Shown piece by piece: positions 30,126 to 40,147 of a DNA stretch of 64,000 nucleotides. The notes beneath the pieces were generated by a model that saw only the letters and a list, made by a program, of their open reading frames with translations, was not told the DNA's origin and did not search any database. Where the stretch lies: the NCBI GenBank assembly GCA_037968615.1, contig JBBKVX010000083.1, positions 31,634 to 95,633 of the forward strand. Reading direction: 5' to 3'. Each line of letters starts with the position of its first letter. Positions within the stretch are counted from its first letter, which is position 1. This DNA comes from Rickettsiales bacterium (lineage in GTDB: Bacteria > Pseudomonadota > Alphaproteobacteria > Rickettsiales > UBA3002). The position numbers and the translations under genes were made by a program.

Positions 30126-31012
30126 CCCCTTCCCCTGCCCGCCTAGATATTCAGCTGGAAGATCTTTCAGGCGCCCCAGGTGTGAAATGGCGGGGCCTTT
30201 TTATTGGCGGTAAATCACGTTTTGCTACCATCACTTCGGTGCGGTTTATTAGCGCCAACCGTTTGGTATGTTTCTCTTTGCTTGGCAAAAAAGCCTACCT
30301 CATTGAATTCGATATGAACCAGCAAAGCTGGACCATTCTCGACCGCATCGACACGGAATATCAAGGCATCCCTTGCGAAACCGACCTATGCGACACCGAT
30401 GGCACCGGATACATCGCCACCAGCAACTGCAGGAACGCCAGTGTCAGCCTATATCGTCAGGAGGACGACCGGATTTTTCATGTGCGGGATCTCACCTTTG
30501 GCACGGGCTATGTGCATGGCGTTTCGTTCCTGACACCAGAGACACTGGCCATTACGGTGCTGAATCAAGAGCCGGGCCTGCATATCCACCGAACGGATAC
30601 CGCGGAAAGATTGCTTTATATGCCATTGGATTACAGGGCAAAAGATGCGTGCCTGGTGCGTGATGGCCGACTGGCCCTCATCGCCGCGCATGGTGCGCCT
30701 AAAAAGGGCGAGCAGGCCATCTACAATTCCGAGATCATGCTGGTGGATTTTGATTTGGCGACGGGAAGTTATCATGTCGCGGCACAAGTAACGGTACCTG
30801 ACGATCAGTTCGACAGCTGTCTTGTCCATGAAGGCGTTCTTTTCAGCACAGGGGGGTTCACCAACCAAGTCTACCGCCACGATGCCGAAACACTAGCCCC
30901 GCTCGACAGCCTTTCCGGTTACGATTGCCCCCACGGAATCGATATCGCCCATGGGCTTTTGGCCGTGAGTAATTACGGGAATACCAGCGTCAGCATTCGT
31001 GTTCTTCCGTAG
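30122..31012 (+). CDS. Putative beta-propeller protein, no signal peptide
   Basis: Repeated ~45-aa beta blades (YVHGVSFL..LAITV; YDCPHGIDI..LLAVSNYG). ATGA overlap with the upstream gene. Confidence 0.65.
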   Translation: MTPSPARLDIQLEDLSGAPGVKWRGLFIGGKSRFATITSVRFISANRLVCFSLLGKKAYLIEFDMNQQSWTILDRIDTEYQGIPCETDLCDTDGTGYIATSNCRNASVSLYRQEDDRIFHVRDLTFGTGYVHGVSFLTPETLAITVLNQEPGLHIHRTDTAERLLYMPLDYRAKDACLVRDGRLALIAAHGAPKKGEQAIYNSEIMLVDFDLATGSYHVAAQVTVPDDQFDSCLVHEGVLFSTGGFTNQVYRHDAETLAPLDSLSGYDCPHGIDIAHGLLAVSNYGNTSVSIRVLP

Positions 31013-31088
31013 GCTTAAGATTACCGTATAGGCAAATAACTCTCCGCAACCCTATGGTTTTTCATTATACCGCTTTTGGTTCGAAAAA

Positions 31089-31230
31089 TTATCCACAGTC
31101 CAAACATCCAGCTTTTCAATAAGTTGAAGTGCTTACTCCTAGTGTTTATGCACATTTTCCCGATTGCCATAGTTTGCAATCGCCTAGCCCCAATTGCTGA
31201 TTCTCACCGATAGGATAAAGCTGTGAACAA
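31089..31230. promoter_or_regulatory. Cluster of DnaA-box matches in an AT-rich intergenic region
   Basis: TTATCCACA 31089-97, TTATGCACA 31146-54 and TGTGAACAA 31222-30 (one mismatch, opposite strand). Region 31013-31289 is about 61% A+T by hand count. Confidence 0.5.
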
Positions 31231-31289
31231 TTGAGTGTTTGTCACTGATTTAAATCAATTTATAGAGTCAATTAAAGCTCACCAAGAGC

Positions 31290-32075
31290 TTAAAGAGCGG
31301 GGCGTTCGGCCTTGCTGAAAAGCCGGAAGAAATTCTCAGTGGTCACGTTTGTCACCTCATCCAATGGAATAGCCTTGATCTCTGCTAGTTTTTTGGCGGT
31401 ATAGGCCGTGTAGGCGGGTTCACACGGCTGTCCGCGGTGCGGTTCCGGCGCAAGATAGGGTGAATCGGTTTCCACCAACAGCCGGTCGAGCGGTACGGTT
31501 GCCGCAGCATCGCGTAGTGCCTGCGACTTTTTGAACGTGATGATGCCGGATAAGGAAATGTATCCACCTAATTTAACTGATTCATCAGATAGATATTGCG
31601 TAGAGCTAAAGCAATGGATGAGGAAACGGAATGGGCCGCCTTCTTCATGTTCCTGCTTAAGTACCGCCACCGTTTCAGCATCCGCATCCCGTGAATGAAC
31701 AATCACAGGAAGATCGAGTGCGCGCGCCACGCGGATATGGCGACGGAACAGTTCCGTCTGGATGTCGCGCGGCGAATGCTCGTAATAGAAATCCAGCCCT
31801 GTTTCGCCAATGCCAATGACGCGCGGATGGGTGGCGGCCTCCAGCAGCTCAGACTCCGAGATGTCTTCATGATCCCCCGCATCATGGGGATGCACGCCAA
31901 TCGAGCAATAGATCTCCGGATAGCTCTCGGCCAGCCGCTTCACCTCAGCAAAATCGCTGCGCTTGGTGCTGATGGTTTGCATCAGCATGACCCCTGCCTC
32001 TTTGGCCCGCGCAATCACTCCCGCCGTATCGGCCAGCGCCGGGTAGTTCAAATGGCAATGCGAATCGATGAGCAT
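31290..32075 (-). CDS. tatD: TatD-family DNase
   Basis: LIDSHCHL, IGETGLDF, LPVIVHSRDA, LIHCFS and LLVETDSPYLAP. Confidence 0.97.
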   Translation of the reverse strand: MLIDSHCHLNYPALADTAGVIARAKEAGVMLMQTISTKRSDFAEVKRLAESYPEIYCSIGVHPHDAGDHEDISESELLEAATHPRVIGIGETGLDFYYEHSPRDIQTELFRRHIRVARALDLPVIVHSRDADAETVAVLKQEHEEGGPFRFLIHCFSSTQYLSDESVKLGGYISLSGIITFKKSQALRDAAATVPLDRLLVETDSPYLAPEPHRGQPCEPAYTAYTAKKLAEIKAIPLDEVTNVTTENFFRLFSKAERPAL

Positions 32076-33589
32076 TACGCCACGTCCGCCATCAAGCGTG
32101 GGAATACACCCTGAGGTTTGGGCAGTGGGGTGCCTGGCTTCAAGGCGAATTCAGCGGTGAGATGCTTAAACAGGCGCTCATTCTCGGGCACGGCAAGCTG
32201 GTCGAGCAGCTTGTTGGCGGCATCAGGCGTGAAGGGTTGCAACATGATGCCGATGCAGCGGATGGATTCGGCGAGGTAATAGAGCACCGATTCCATGCGC
32301 GCCGGATCGGTTTTTTTCAGCGTCCAGGGGGCCTCTTTGTCGATGTATTCGTTGGCGGTGCGGGCCATGTCGAGGATGGCGCCGATGACTTCGCCGAACT
32401 TGCAGCGTTGCATTTGCTCGCGGGCGCGGGCGGCGCCATCGACGGCGGTTAGGCGCACCAGCTCCATCAGCGCCACGTCTTGCGGCTGCATCTCGGCCTG
32501 TGGTGTGGGGGTGAGTTCGGCGGCGTTCTTGGCGATCATGCTCAGTGTGCGCTGAGCGAGGTTGCCGATGTTGTTGGCGAGGTCGGCGTTGATGCGCTCG
32601 AACATGCTCTGGCGGCTGAAATTGCCATCGGAGCCGAACGGCACTTCGCGCAACAAGAAATAGCGCGTTTGGTCGAGGCCGTATTTCTCCACCAAATGGG
32701 TGGGCGACACCACGTTACCGAGCGATTTGCTCATTTTCTCGCCTTCGATCGTCCACCAGCCATGCGCGAACACACGTTTAGGCAGCTCCATTTTCGCGCT
32801 CATAAGGAACGCGGGCCAATAAACGGTGTGGAAGCGCAAAATATCTTTGCCCACCATATGTAGGTCGGCGGGCCAGAAGCCTTCGCCGGCGGCGGTGAGG
32901 TAGTTCGTCAGCGCATCGAGCCAGACATACATGATGTGTTTTTCGTCGCCCGGAACCGGGATGCCCCACTGGAACGTGGTGCGCGAGATGGACAGATCGT
33001 GCAACCCGCCCTTAACGAACGAGATCACTTCATTGCGGCGCGCTTCGGGGAGAATGAAATCGGGGTTCTCCTCGTAGAATTTGAGCAGCTTGTCACCATA
33101 GGCCGACAGCTTGAAGAAGTAGCTCGGCTCCTTCACCCATTCCACTTCGGCGCCGGTGGGGGCTTTGCCATTCACCAACTCGGATTCGGCGTAGAACGCC
33201 TCGTCACGCACGGAATACCAGCCCTCGTAGCCGCCGAGGTAAATGTCGCCGGAGGCTTCGAGTTGCTTCCACAGCTCCTGCGCGCGGGCCTTGTGGCGCG
33301 GCTCGGTGGTGCGGATGAAATCGGTGTTGGTGAGGTTCAGCGTGGTGGCCATTTCGCGGAAATGTTCCGACACTTCATCGACGAACGCTTGCGGCGGAAC
33401 CCCAGCAGCGGCGGCCGATTTCTCGACCTTCTGGCCATGTTCGTCGGTGCCGGTAAGGAACTCCACTTCCATCCCATCCAGTCGCATAAAGCGCGCAATC
33501 GCGTCGCAGGCAACGGAAGTGTACGCATGCCCAAGATGCGGTTTGTCGTTCACGTAATAGATGGGGGTGGTGATATAGTATTTTTTCAT
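32075..33589 (-). CDS. metG: Methionyl-tRNA synthetase (short form)
   Basis: ITTPIYYVNDKPHLGHAY, LTGTDEHGQK, GKDILRFH and KMSKS. Confidence 0.98.
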   Translation of the reverse strand: MKKYYITTPIYYVNDKPHLGHAYTSVACDAIARFMRLDGMEVEFLTGTDEHGQKVEKSAAAAGVPPQAFVDEVSEHFREMATTLNLTNTDFIRTTEPRHKARAQELWKQLEASGDIYLGGYEGWYSVRDEAFYAESELVNGKAPTGAEVEWVKEPSYFFKLSAYGDKLLKFYEENPDFILPEARRNEVISFVKGGLHDLSISRTTFQWGIPVPGDEKHIMYVWLDALTNYLTAAGEGFWPADLHMVGKDILRFHTVYWPAFLMSAKMELPKRVFAHGWWTIEGEKMSKSLGNVVSPTHLVEKYGLDQTRYFLLREVPFGSDGNFSRQSMFERINADLANNIGNLAQRTLSMIAKNAAELTPTPQAEMQPQDVALMELVRLTAVDGAARAREQMQRCKFGEVIGAILDMARTANEYIDKEAPWTLKKTDPARMESVLYYLAESIRCIGIMLQPFTPDAANKLLDQLAVPENERLFKHLTAEFALKPGTPLPKPQGVFPRLMADVA

Positions 33590-33691
33590 AAGTTCCCGGC
33601 TCGTGCTTCTGCACTCGCCATGAAACGCGCTTCGCGGCTCATGGCTGGCCCGGTCTCCTGACCGGGCGCGGCAGTGGCGCGCAATCTGTCG

Positions 33692-34801
33692 TTACGCCGC
33701 CAGCCTGTCAAGCAATCCTGGTTGCATCAGCATGGCGAGCGATTGGCGCTTGTCGAGGTTGAAAATGTCGGTGGCGGCGATGAGGTTGCGCGCTTTGCCC
33801 GCCCATTGTTGGCGGATCTGCGGCGAAAGTGGCTCGGCGATGGCGGCGATCAGCTCCCCTTCCCCACCAAGAATGGGGGCGCCACTGGCGTGCGGCCACA
33901 GGCTGATGCGAGTGATGGCAACGTTCCAAGCATAAAGGATGGCGCGCCATGTTTCGGGTGTTTTCTGGGCGGCGGCGCTGTCGATGAAACGCTGGCGGGT
34001 GGCGGGCCCTGCTTCGGGTTGCAGGGCGGCCAGCCATTGGCCGTTCCTTTTCAGCCCGCCGCTGGCTTCGAGTGTGATGGCGTGGCCCGGCGAACCGTTG
34101 CTGAGCGCGTGCAACGCGCTGTATTCACTGGGGTCGATGTGCGGGGCGACGGCCATCAGCGCTTTGTCGAACGCGGCGCGTGGCGGGGCGGTGAGCACGA
34201 ACTTGCGGCAGCGCGATTTGATGGTGGGCAGGATGGCGCCCGGCTCGTGGCACACCAGCAGCAGAATGGCGGCCTCGGGCGGCTCTTCCAGAATTTTCAG
34301 CAATGCGTTGGCGGCGTTGGGGTTCAACTGGTCCACCGCATCCACGATCACCACGCGCCAATCGCCCTCGGCGGGGGTGAGGCTGAGGAAGCCGGGCACT
34401 TTTCGTGCGTCGTCGACGCTGATGATGCTTTTTTCTGCGTCCTTTTTCTTATCGTAGGCGGGAGTCAGCGTGAGCAAATCGGTGTGCGACCCGGCGGCGA
34501 TGCGACGGAACAGCGCGTCGTCGGGCGAACTGCCGAGGGTGGCGGGAAGCTCTGCTGCTGGTTCGTCGCCAAACAGCGAGAATCCGGCATCCTGCTTGGC
34601 GGCCTGCACGGCCCCGGTGCCGAGGATATGCCGCGCAAAACGATAGGCCAGCGTGGCTTTGCCGATGCCTTTCGGCCCGGTCATCAGATACGCATGGTGC
34701 GTCTTGCCTGCCGCGAATTCCTGAATGAATTGCTGCTCCGCTTGCTCGAAGCCGAACAGCTGATGGTTTTCGCGCGGGGGAAGAATGTCGGGTTTGGCCA
34801 T
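33692..34801 (-). CDS. holB: DNA polymerase III subunit delta'
   Basis: HHAYLMTGPKGIGKATLA, VVIVDAVD..NPNAANALLKILEEPP and LPTIKSRC. Sits between tmk and metG. Confidence 0.95.
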   Translation of the reverse strand: MAKPDILPPRENHQLFGFEQAEQQFIQEFAAGKTHHAYLMTGPKGIGKATLAYRFARHILGTGAVQAAKQDAGFSLFGDEPAAELPATLGSSPDDALFRRIAAGSHTDLLTLTPAYDKKKDAEKSIISVDDARKVPGFLSLTPAEGDWRVVIVDAVDQLNPNAANALLKILEEPPEAAILLLVCHEPGAILPTIKSRCRKFVLTAPPRAAFDKALMAVAPHIDPSEYSALHALSNGSPGHAITLEASGGLKRNGQWLAALQPEAGPATRQRFIDSAAAQKTPETWRAILYAWNVAITRISLWPHASGAPILGGEGELIAAIAEPLSPQIRQQWAGKARNLIAATDIFNLDKRQSLAMLMQPGLLDRLAA

Positions 34802-34807
34802 GCGCGA

Positions 34808-35461
34808 TTATGCGACGGCGCTGGCTTTCAAGGCAAGGCCAAACCGCGCATTGACCACGGCGATGATGGCGGCGTGGACAGAGGTGGCATCGGCGGCGGC
34901 GTCGATGGTTCTGATGCGTTCGGGGTGTTTTTTCGCCAGCCCAAGAAAGCCGTCGCGCAGTTTGGTGTGGAATTCCAGCCCCATTTGCTCGAAGCGCGAT
35001 TCGGCGACGTTGCCACGCGTGTCGGCGCGGGCAAGTCCGATCTCGGCGGGTAGGTCGAGCAGCAAGGTGAGTGCGGGGGCCGCGGTGCCGAACAGATGTG
35101 TGTAGAGCGTGTCGAGCCACGCCTCCCCCACCCCCTTGGCGAGGCCTTGATAGATGGTGGTCGAGTCGTGGAAACGGTCGCACAGCACCCATTTCCCGGC
35201 ATTGAGCGCCGGGCGGATATGGGTTTCGAGATGGTCGTAACGTGCGGTCATGAACAGCAGCGATTCGGTGACCGGGTGCCACGCGTCCACCGCGCCGCTG
35301 ACCACCAAACCGCGAATGGCTTCGCCGCCTTTGCTGCCGCCCGGTTCGCGGGTGACGAGGGTTTCAAGCCCCGCCGCCGCGAAAGACGCCGCCAACAGCT
35401 TCACCTGCGTGGATTTGCCCGCCCCCTCGCCGCCTTCCAGCGTGATGAAACGAGCGGTCAT
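34808..35461 (-). CDS. tmk: Thymidylate kinase
   Basis: FITLEGGEGAGKSTQ, TREPGG, VLCDRF and SRFEQ. Start set at MTARF. Confidence 0.97.
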   Translation of the reverse strand: MTARFITLEGGEGAGKSTQVKLLAASFAAAGLETLVTREPGGSKGGEAIRGLVVSGAVDAWHPVTESLLFMTARYDHLETHIRPALNAGKWVLCDRFHDSTTIYQGLAKGVGEAWLDTLYTHLFGTAAPALTLLLDLPAEIGLARADTRGNVAESRFEQMGLEFHTKLRDGFLGLAKKHPERIRTIDAAADATSVHAAIIAVVNARFGLALKASAVA

Positions 35462-35462
35462 G

Positions 35463-36710
35463 CTACATCCCCAGCTTGCGCGGAATGCGGCCGAAGAAGG
35501 AGAGCTTCTCCACATCGGCCCCGGCCAACAACGGCACTTCGCGTGTCACGCCCGAAGGTAGGGTGATTTTAAGCACACCCACTTTGTCGCCCTTTTTCAC
35601 AGGCGCTTTCACGGGGGCGTTGTATTCCGCCGCCATCTTCACGCCGTCGCGGCCGATCTTCGGCACGCTGATGGTCACGTCCTGGGCCACGACCAGCGGC
35701 AGGGTTTTTTCCGAGCCCATCCATACGGTGGCGCTCTTCACGGTCTGGCCGGCTTTCACCAAACGCATGTTGTCAAAGTTGTGGAAGCCCCAGTTCAGCA
35801 GGCGCTCGCCTTCCGACGCGCGTTCCGCTTCCGAAGTAAGGCCGTTGATGACCAACACCAGGCGGCGGCCATCGCCGGCCTGTTTGGCCGAAAGCGCGAT
35901 GCCGTAGCCCGCCGCTTCGGTGTGGCCGGTCTTCAGGCCATCCACGCCCAGCGCCGTGTTCGACAGCAGCAGGTTGCGGTTGAACTGGCGGATGCCATGG
36001 AAGGTGAATTCACGCTCCGACAGGTAGTGGTAATATTGCGGGAAATCGCGGATCAGGGCTTTGCTCAGCAGCGCCAAATCATGCGCGGTGGTGTAATGGT
36101 CGGGATGCGGCCAGCCGCTGGCGTCCATGAAGTTGGAGTTCGTCATGCCCAGCTTTTTGGCGGTGTCGTTCATTTGGCGCGCAAAAGCTTCTTCAGAACC
36201 AGCAATGCCTTCGGCCACCACCACGCAAGCGTCGTTGCCCGATTGGATGGCGATGCCGCGCAGTAGTTCCTCAAGCGGAATCTGGCCGCCCAGCGGCACG
36301 AACATTTTGGAGCCCTGCATACGCCATGCTTTTTCGCTGACGGTGAACTGGTTGTCGAGCGACAGCGTGCCTTGCTTCAAACGGTCGAAAAGAATGTAGA
36401 GCGTCATCAGCTTGGTCATGCTCGACGGGTACATTTTGGCGTCGCTGGCTTTTTCGGCCAGCACGGTGCCTGTAGTGAAATCGATCAGATAGAGGTGGCT
36501 GGCCGGGCTTTGCAGATCGGAACCGTCGGCAGCGACCAGCGTGGCGGCTTTGCCCGCTTCACGAAGCGAAGGATCGGGCGCGTCCTCGGGGGTTTCCTCG
36601 ACCATCGCTTTTTCCACCGACACTACTTTGGCGGGGGCTGCTACAGCCGGAAGGGCAAGCGCGGCGAAAGCTAGAAATCCAGCAAGGGCAAGCCATGAGC
36701 TCTGTTTCAT
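35463..36710 (-). CDS. dacA: D-alanyl-D-alanine carboxypeptidase (PBP5/6)
   Basis: SxxK (PSSMTK), SxN (QSGND), KTG (GLKTGHT) and C-terminal PBP5_C domain. Confidence 0.93.
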   Translation of the reverse strand: MKQSSWLALAGFLAFAALALPAVAAPAKVVSVEKAMVEETPEDAPDPSLREAGKAATLVAADGSDLQSPASHLYLIDFTTGTVLAEKASDAKMYPSSMTKLMTLYILFDRLKQGTLSLDNQFTVSEKAWRMQGSKMFVPLGGQIPLEELLRGIAIQSGNDACVVVAEGIAGSEEAFARQMNDTAKKLGMTNSNFMDASGWPHPDHYTTAHDLALLSKALIRDFPQYYHYLSEREFTFHGIRQFNRNLLLSNTALGVDGLKTGHTEAAGYGIALSAKQAGDGRRLVLVINGLTSEAERASEGERLLNWGFHNFDNMRLVKAGQTVKSATVWMGSEKTLPLVVAQDVTISVPKIGRDGVKMAAEYNAPVKAPVKKGDKVGVLKITLPSGVTREVPLLAGADVEKLSFFGRIPRKLGM

Positions 36711-36749
36711 AGAAGATCCTTTGGTACGAAGTTTTCTTTTTTATTCTTA

Positions 36750-37925
36750 TTAGTGCAAGCGAACGGCCCGCGCGTCCGAGAGCCCCATCAGGCGCACCCT
36801 CTGCAGCACGTCTTCGGCCATTTCAGGGTTGTCGTAGGGGCCGAGCTGCACTCGGTAGAGCGTCGCATCACCACGCGCCAGCACATTCATTTTCGCCGGG
36901 CCGATATCCATCACCCGCTTGGTGAGGGCCATCGCATTCTCTTTCACCGAGAACGTGCCGACCTGAACATACATAGCGTTCACGGGCGCTGTCACGGGCG
37001 GCGGATCCGCCACGCGTGCTTGTGGCGCAGAGGGCGGACTGGTGCCCCCCTGCTGCATGACCTGGAACACAGATGGCTCAGCAATCGGTGCGGAGACGGA
37101 CAATGGCGCGGCCGTGGGTTCCGGCAAAGTGGCGGGCGGCAAGTCGCGCATGGCAACGTTTTGCGTGGGGGCGGCGTTGGCGGGCGTGTCGCTGTAAAGC
37201 GGTTTCAGCGGCGCGGGGGCTGCTGCACGGGCGGTGCCAACGGGGTTCACTTCCTCCCACCATTTGGGATCGGTCGGTGCGCGCGCTACTTTCTCTTTGA
37301 TCTCGCTCTCGGCCACCTGCACGCTGTTGTTGGCATAGGGCAGTACCTCGCCAGCAATGTCGATGTCCTCGGGCTCACGGCCTTGCGCCAGAAGGTCGGC
37401 GTAACGCTGCGATTCGGCCAGTTGATACTCCACACGCACCTTCGCCACACCCTTTTGCATCAGGCCGATTTCCTTGGCGGCGGCGTAGGAAAGATCGATG
37501 ATGCGGCCTTTGCTGAACGGCCCACGATCGTTGATGCGCACATAGACGGTCTTGCCGGTATCCACCATCGTCACCTTCACGATGGACGGCAACGGCAGGG
37601 TTTTATGTGCGGCGGTCATGCTGTGTTTGTCGAATTTTTCGCCATTGGCCGTTTTGCCGCCATGGAAACCGGGGCCATACCAACTGGCAAGGCCGGTCTC
37701 GTTGTAATCGGGTTGGAAGCGCGGCACGTACCATTCGCCCATCACTTTATACGATTGGCCAAGCTTCACGTACGGCGAGCGTTTCTGGCCATTGTCGAAG
37801 CCGGGCACGCCATCGGTCGATTCCTGCTTGCCGGAGTATACAGGCGGCGTCCAGCCGCTGCCGCTGCCACAGGCAGTGAGCAAGGCGCAGGCGGTCAGGG
37901 CGAACAAGAACGAGCGGATATTCAT
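36750..37925 (-). CDS. rlpA: Septal ring lytic transglycosylase RlpA (lipoprotein, DPBB + SPOR)
   Basis: Lipobox LLTAC, GLASWYG, TAAHKTLPLPS, RINDRGPF and C-terminal SPOR (YVQVGTFS). Confidence 0.95.
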   Translation of the reverse strand: MNIRSFLFALTACALLTACGSGSGWTPPVYSGKQESTDGVPGFDNGQKRSPYVKLGQSYKVMGEWYVPRFQPDYNETGLASWYGPGFHGGKTANGEKFDKHSMTAAHKTLPLPSIVKVTMVDTGKTVYVRINDRGPFSKGRIIDLSYAAAKEIGLMQKGVAKVRVEYQLAESQRYADLLAQGREPEDIDIAGEVLPYANNSVQVAESEIKEKVARAPTDPKWWEEVNPVGTARAAAPAPLKPLYSDTPANAAPTQNVAMRDLPPATLPEPTAAPLSVSAPIAEPSVFQVMQQGGTSPPSAPQARVADPPPVTAPVNAMYVQVGTFSVKENAMALTKRVMDIGPAKMNVLARGDATLYRVQLGPYDNPEMAEDVLQRVRLMGLSDARAVRLH

Positions 37926-37928
37926 GAA

Positions 37929-38786
37929 TTATTGTCCCAACTGGTCGGAGAGCAAGCCGACGGACGTAGCGAAATAGCGCGAGCGGTTCCACTTCATAAT
38001 CACGTCGTAATTGCTGGTGATTGTGTAGCCACCCTCTTGGGGCGTGCCGGGGAAAATGGCGTTGGCCGATGCCGAGGGCTTGCCCCAGCCGATGCCTGGT
38101 TTCCAGCCCGAGCCGTGCAGGTAGTTGGCGATGGAAGCGAACGTGTCCGGCAACGAGTTCCAGATATCGGCCTTGCCGTCTTTGTCCCAATCGACGGCGA
38201 ATTTCAGGTAGCTGCTGGGCATGAACTGGCAATTACCCATGGCGCCAGCCCACGACCCGATCAGGTCGAACTGGTTCAGATGCCCATCTTGCAAAATTTT
38301 AAACGCGGCCAACAGTTCGTTGGTGAACAGCTCTTCGCGGCGGCCATCGTAGGCCAGCGTCGCCAGCGACTGGATGACCGAGAAATTCCCCGTATTACGC
38401 CCATAATCGGTTTCCATGCCCCACAACGCCACGATGTAGCGCGGCTCGACGCCATACGTCGCGGAAATGCGCTTCAGCAACGTAGCGTGTTCCTGCAACA
38501 GCGCGCGGCCACGGGCGATGCGCTTAGGGTTCACGGTGTTCTGTTTGTATTTGCTGAACGAGAGTTTGTCCTCGGGCTGCTTGCGGTCGAGCTTTACGAC
38601 GTACTCGTCCACGGCCACGTTACGGAACACATCGGTCACCAGTTTGGGGTCGATGCCCTGCTCTTCCGCTTTTTGCGTGAATTCCGCCACCCAAAGCCCG
38701 AACGGCTTATCCGTCGCATGCGCAGCACTGGCGGTAATGCTCAGCACTACCAGCAAACTTGCAACCATCAACCCGCGCCATGTCAT
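37929..38786 (-). CDS. mltB: Lytic murein transglycosylase, MltB-like (SLT_2)
   Basis: IVALWGMETDYG, GSWAGAMGNCQFMPSSY and ASIANYL. Confidence 0.9.
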   Translation of the reverse strand: MTWRGLMVASLLVVLSITASAAHATDKPFGLWVAEFTQKAEEQGIDPKLVTDVFRNVAVDEYVVKLDRKQPEDKLSFSKYKQNTVNPKRIARGRALLQEHATLLKRISATYGVEPRYIVALWGMETDYGRNTGNFSVIQSLATLAYDGRREELFTNELLAAFKILQDGHLNQFDLIGSWAGAMGNCQFMPSSYLKFAVDWDKDGKADIWNSLPDTFASIANYLHGSGWKPGIGWGKPSASANAIFPGTPQEGGYTITSNYDVIMKWNRSRYFATSVGLLSDQLGQ

Positions 38787-38938
38787 AGGATACTCTTAAA
38801 AATGGGAGATTTGTTATGGCTCGGGTGCCCCAGCCCAGCAACCTTTAATCCGCATGCAAATTTGGTTGCCGGTTTTATGTCGTCATCCCCGCCACTTAGT
38901 GTTAAGTTGCTTGTGGAAAACGTGAGGGTAAAAAAATA

Positions 38939-40147
38939 GTGCAACTATGCCGCGATAGGATCATCGCTGCCGGCGCGCTCGAAGCGGTGCCGGAAGCCGC
39001 CACGCGTCACGGTCTGGGCAACAACTTATTGCTGGTATGCGACGACACCACCTATGTGCGTGCGGGGCAGCAGTTGTTCATGAGCATGCTGCCCACCCAC
39101 GGCATCAAAGCCTATTCGCTGGGCCGTCGCGCCGAAGCGCATTTCTCGCAAGCAGAAGGCCTCATGGCTAATGCCGCAGGGGTAAGCGGCTTGCTGGCCG
39201 TGGGCTCCGGCACTGTGAACGACATCACGAAATACGCGGCGCATACGCTGAACATTCCCTACATATGCATCCCCACGGCAGCATCGATGAACGGCTATAC
39301 CTCGGGCACTTCCAGTCTGGAATACGAAGGCATGAAGCTTTCATTCGAGGCCACCCCGCCGTGCGCCGTGGTGGCGGATATGGAAATCGTGGCCGCCGCA
39401 CCGAAGCGCATGTCACGCGCAGGCGTGGGCGACACGCTGTGCCGCACCACCGTGGAGGCCGATTGCCTGCTGAGCCACCATCTGCTTGGCACCCCCTACC
39501 CGCGCGAGGATTTCGAGCTGATGCGCCGCCACGAAACCGCGCTCATCGAGAACATCTCCCGCATCAAAGAGAACTCGCACGATTATCTCAGCTTGCTGAT
39601 GGACGCGTTGCTCGATGCGGGCGACGTTATGGCTCGTGTGGGCTCCAGCATCACCGCCAGTCAGGGCGAGCACATGATCGCGCATACGCTGGAGATGATC
39701 TACAGCAGCGAACTCGACATGCTGCATGGCGAGATCATCGCCGTGGCCATGCTGACCATGAATGACTTGCACAACAAAATGCTGCTCAGCACTCCGCAAG
39801 TGAAGCATCTGCCGCGCGACGAAGCTTATTTCAATCGCATCTTTGGCCGCAAAATGGGCCCGCATGTGGCCAGCAAATACGCGCCGAAAGTGCTCAGTGA
39901 AGAACAGGCCGCCGACATCAACGATAAGCTCAGCCGCGAATGGCCCGAAATTAAACGCCAGATCAGCGAAGTCGTCATCCAAAACACGACCATCACCCGC
40001 GCTTATGTCCATGGCAATATTCCCTCCAAACCCAAGGATGTGCGCCTGAACGAGGATCGCTACAACGCCGCCGTGACCTACGCGTATTTAACGCGTAACC
40101 GATTTACGTTCTTGGATTTGGCGCAAATGATGGGGCGTCGGGTTTAG
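38939..40147 (+). CDS. sn-glycerol-1-phosphate dehydrogenase-like (EgsA/AraM family)
   Basis: [46 protein letters not shown] and LHGE. GTG start, with an in-frame TAA three codons upstream. Confidence 0.8.
   Translation: MQLCRDRIIAAGALEAVPEAATRHGLGNNLLLVCDDTTYVRAGQQLFMSMLPTHGIKAYSLGRRAEAHFSQAEGLMANAAGVSGLLAVGSGTVNDITKYAAHTLNIPYICIPTAASMNGYTSGTSSLEYEGMKLSFEATPPCAVVADMEIVAAAPKRMSRAGVGDTLCRTTVEADCLLSHHLLGTPYPREDFELMRRHETALIENISRIKENSHDYLSLLMDALLDAGDVMARVGSSITASQGEHMIAHTLEMIYSSELDMLHGEIIAVAMLTMNDLHNKMLLSTPQVKHLPRDEAYFNRIFGRKMGPHVASKYAPKVLSEEQAADINDKLSREWPEIKRQISEVVIQNTTITRAYVHGNIPSKPKDVRLNEDRYNAAVTYAYLTRNRFTFLDLAQMMGRRV

Noticed and set aside
36753-38939. 728-aa plus-strand ORF and other long antisense frames (e.g. 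689-1654, 2326-3579, 4428-5705, 19373-20497, 24435-26060, 33674-35053, 40650-41834)
   Set aside because: They lie opposite well-supported genes and have no motifs. They are shadow ORFs produced by high GC3 codon bias.
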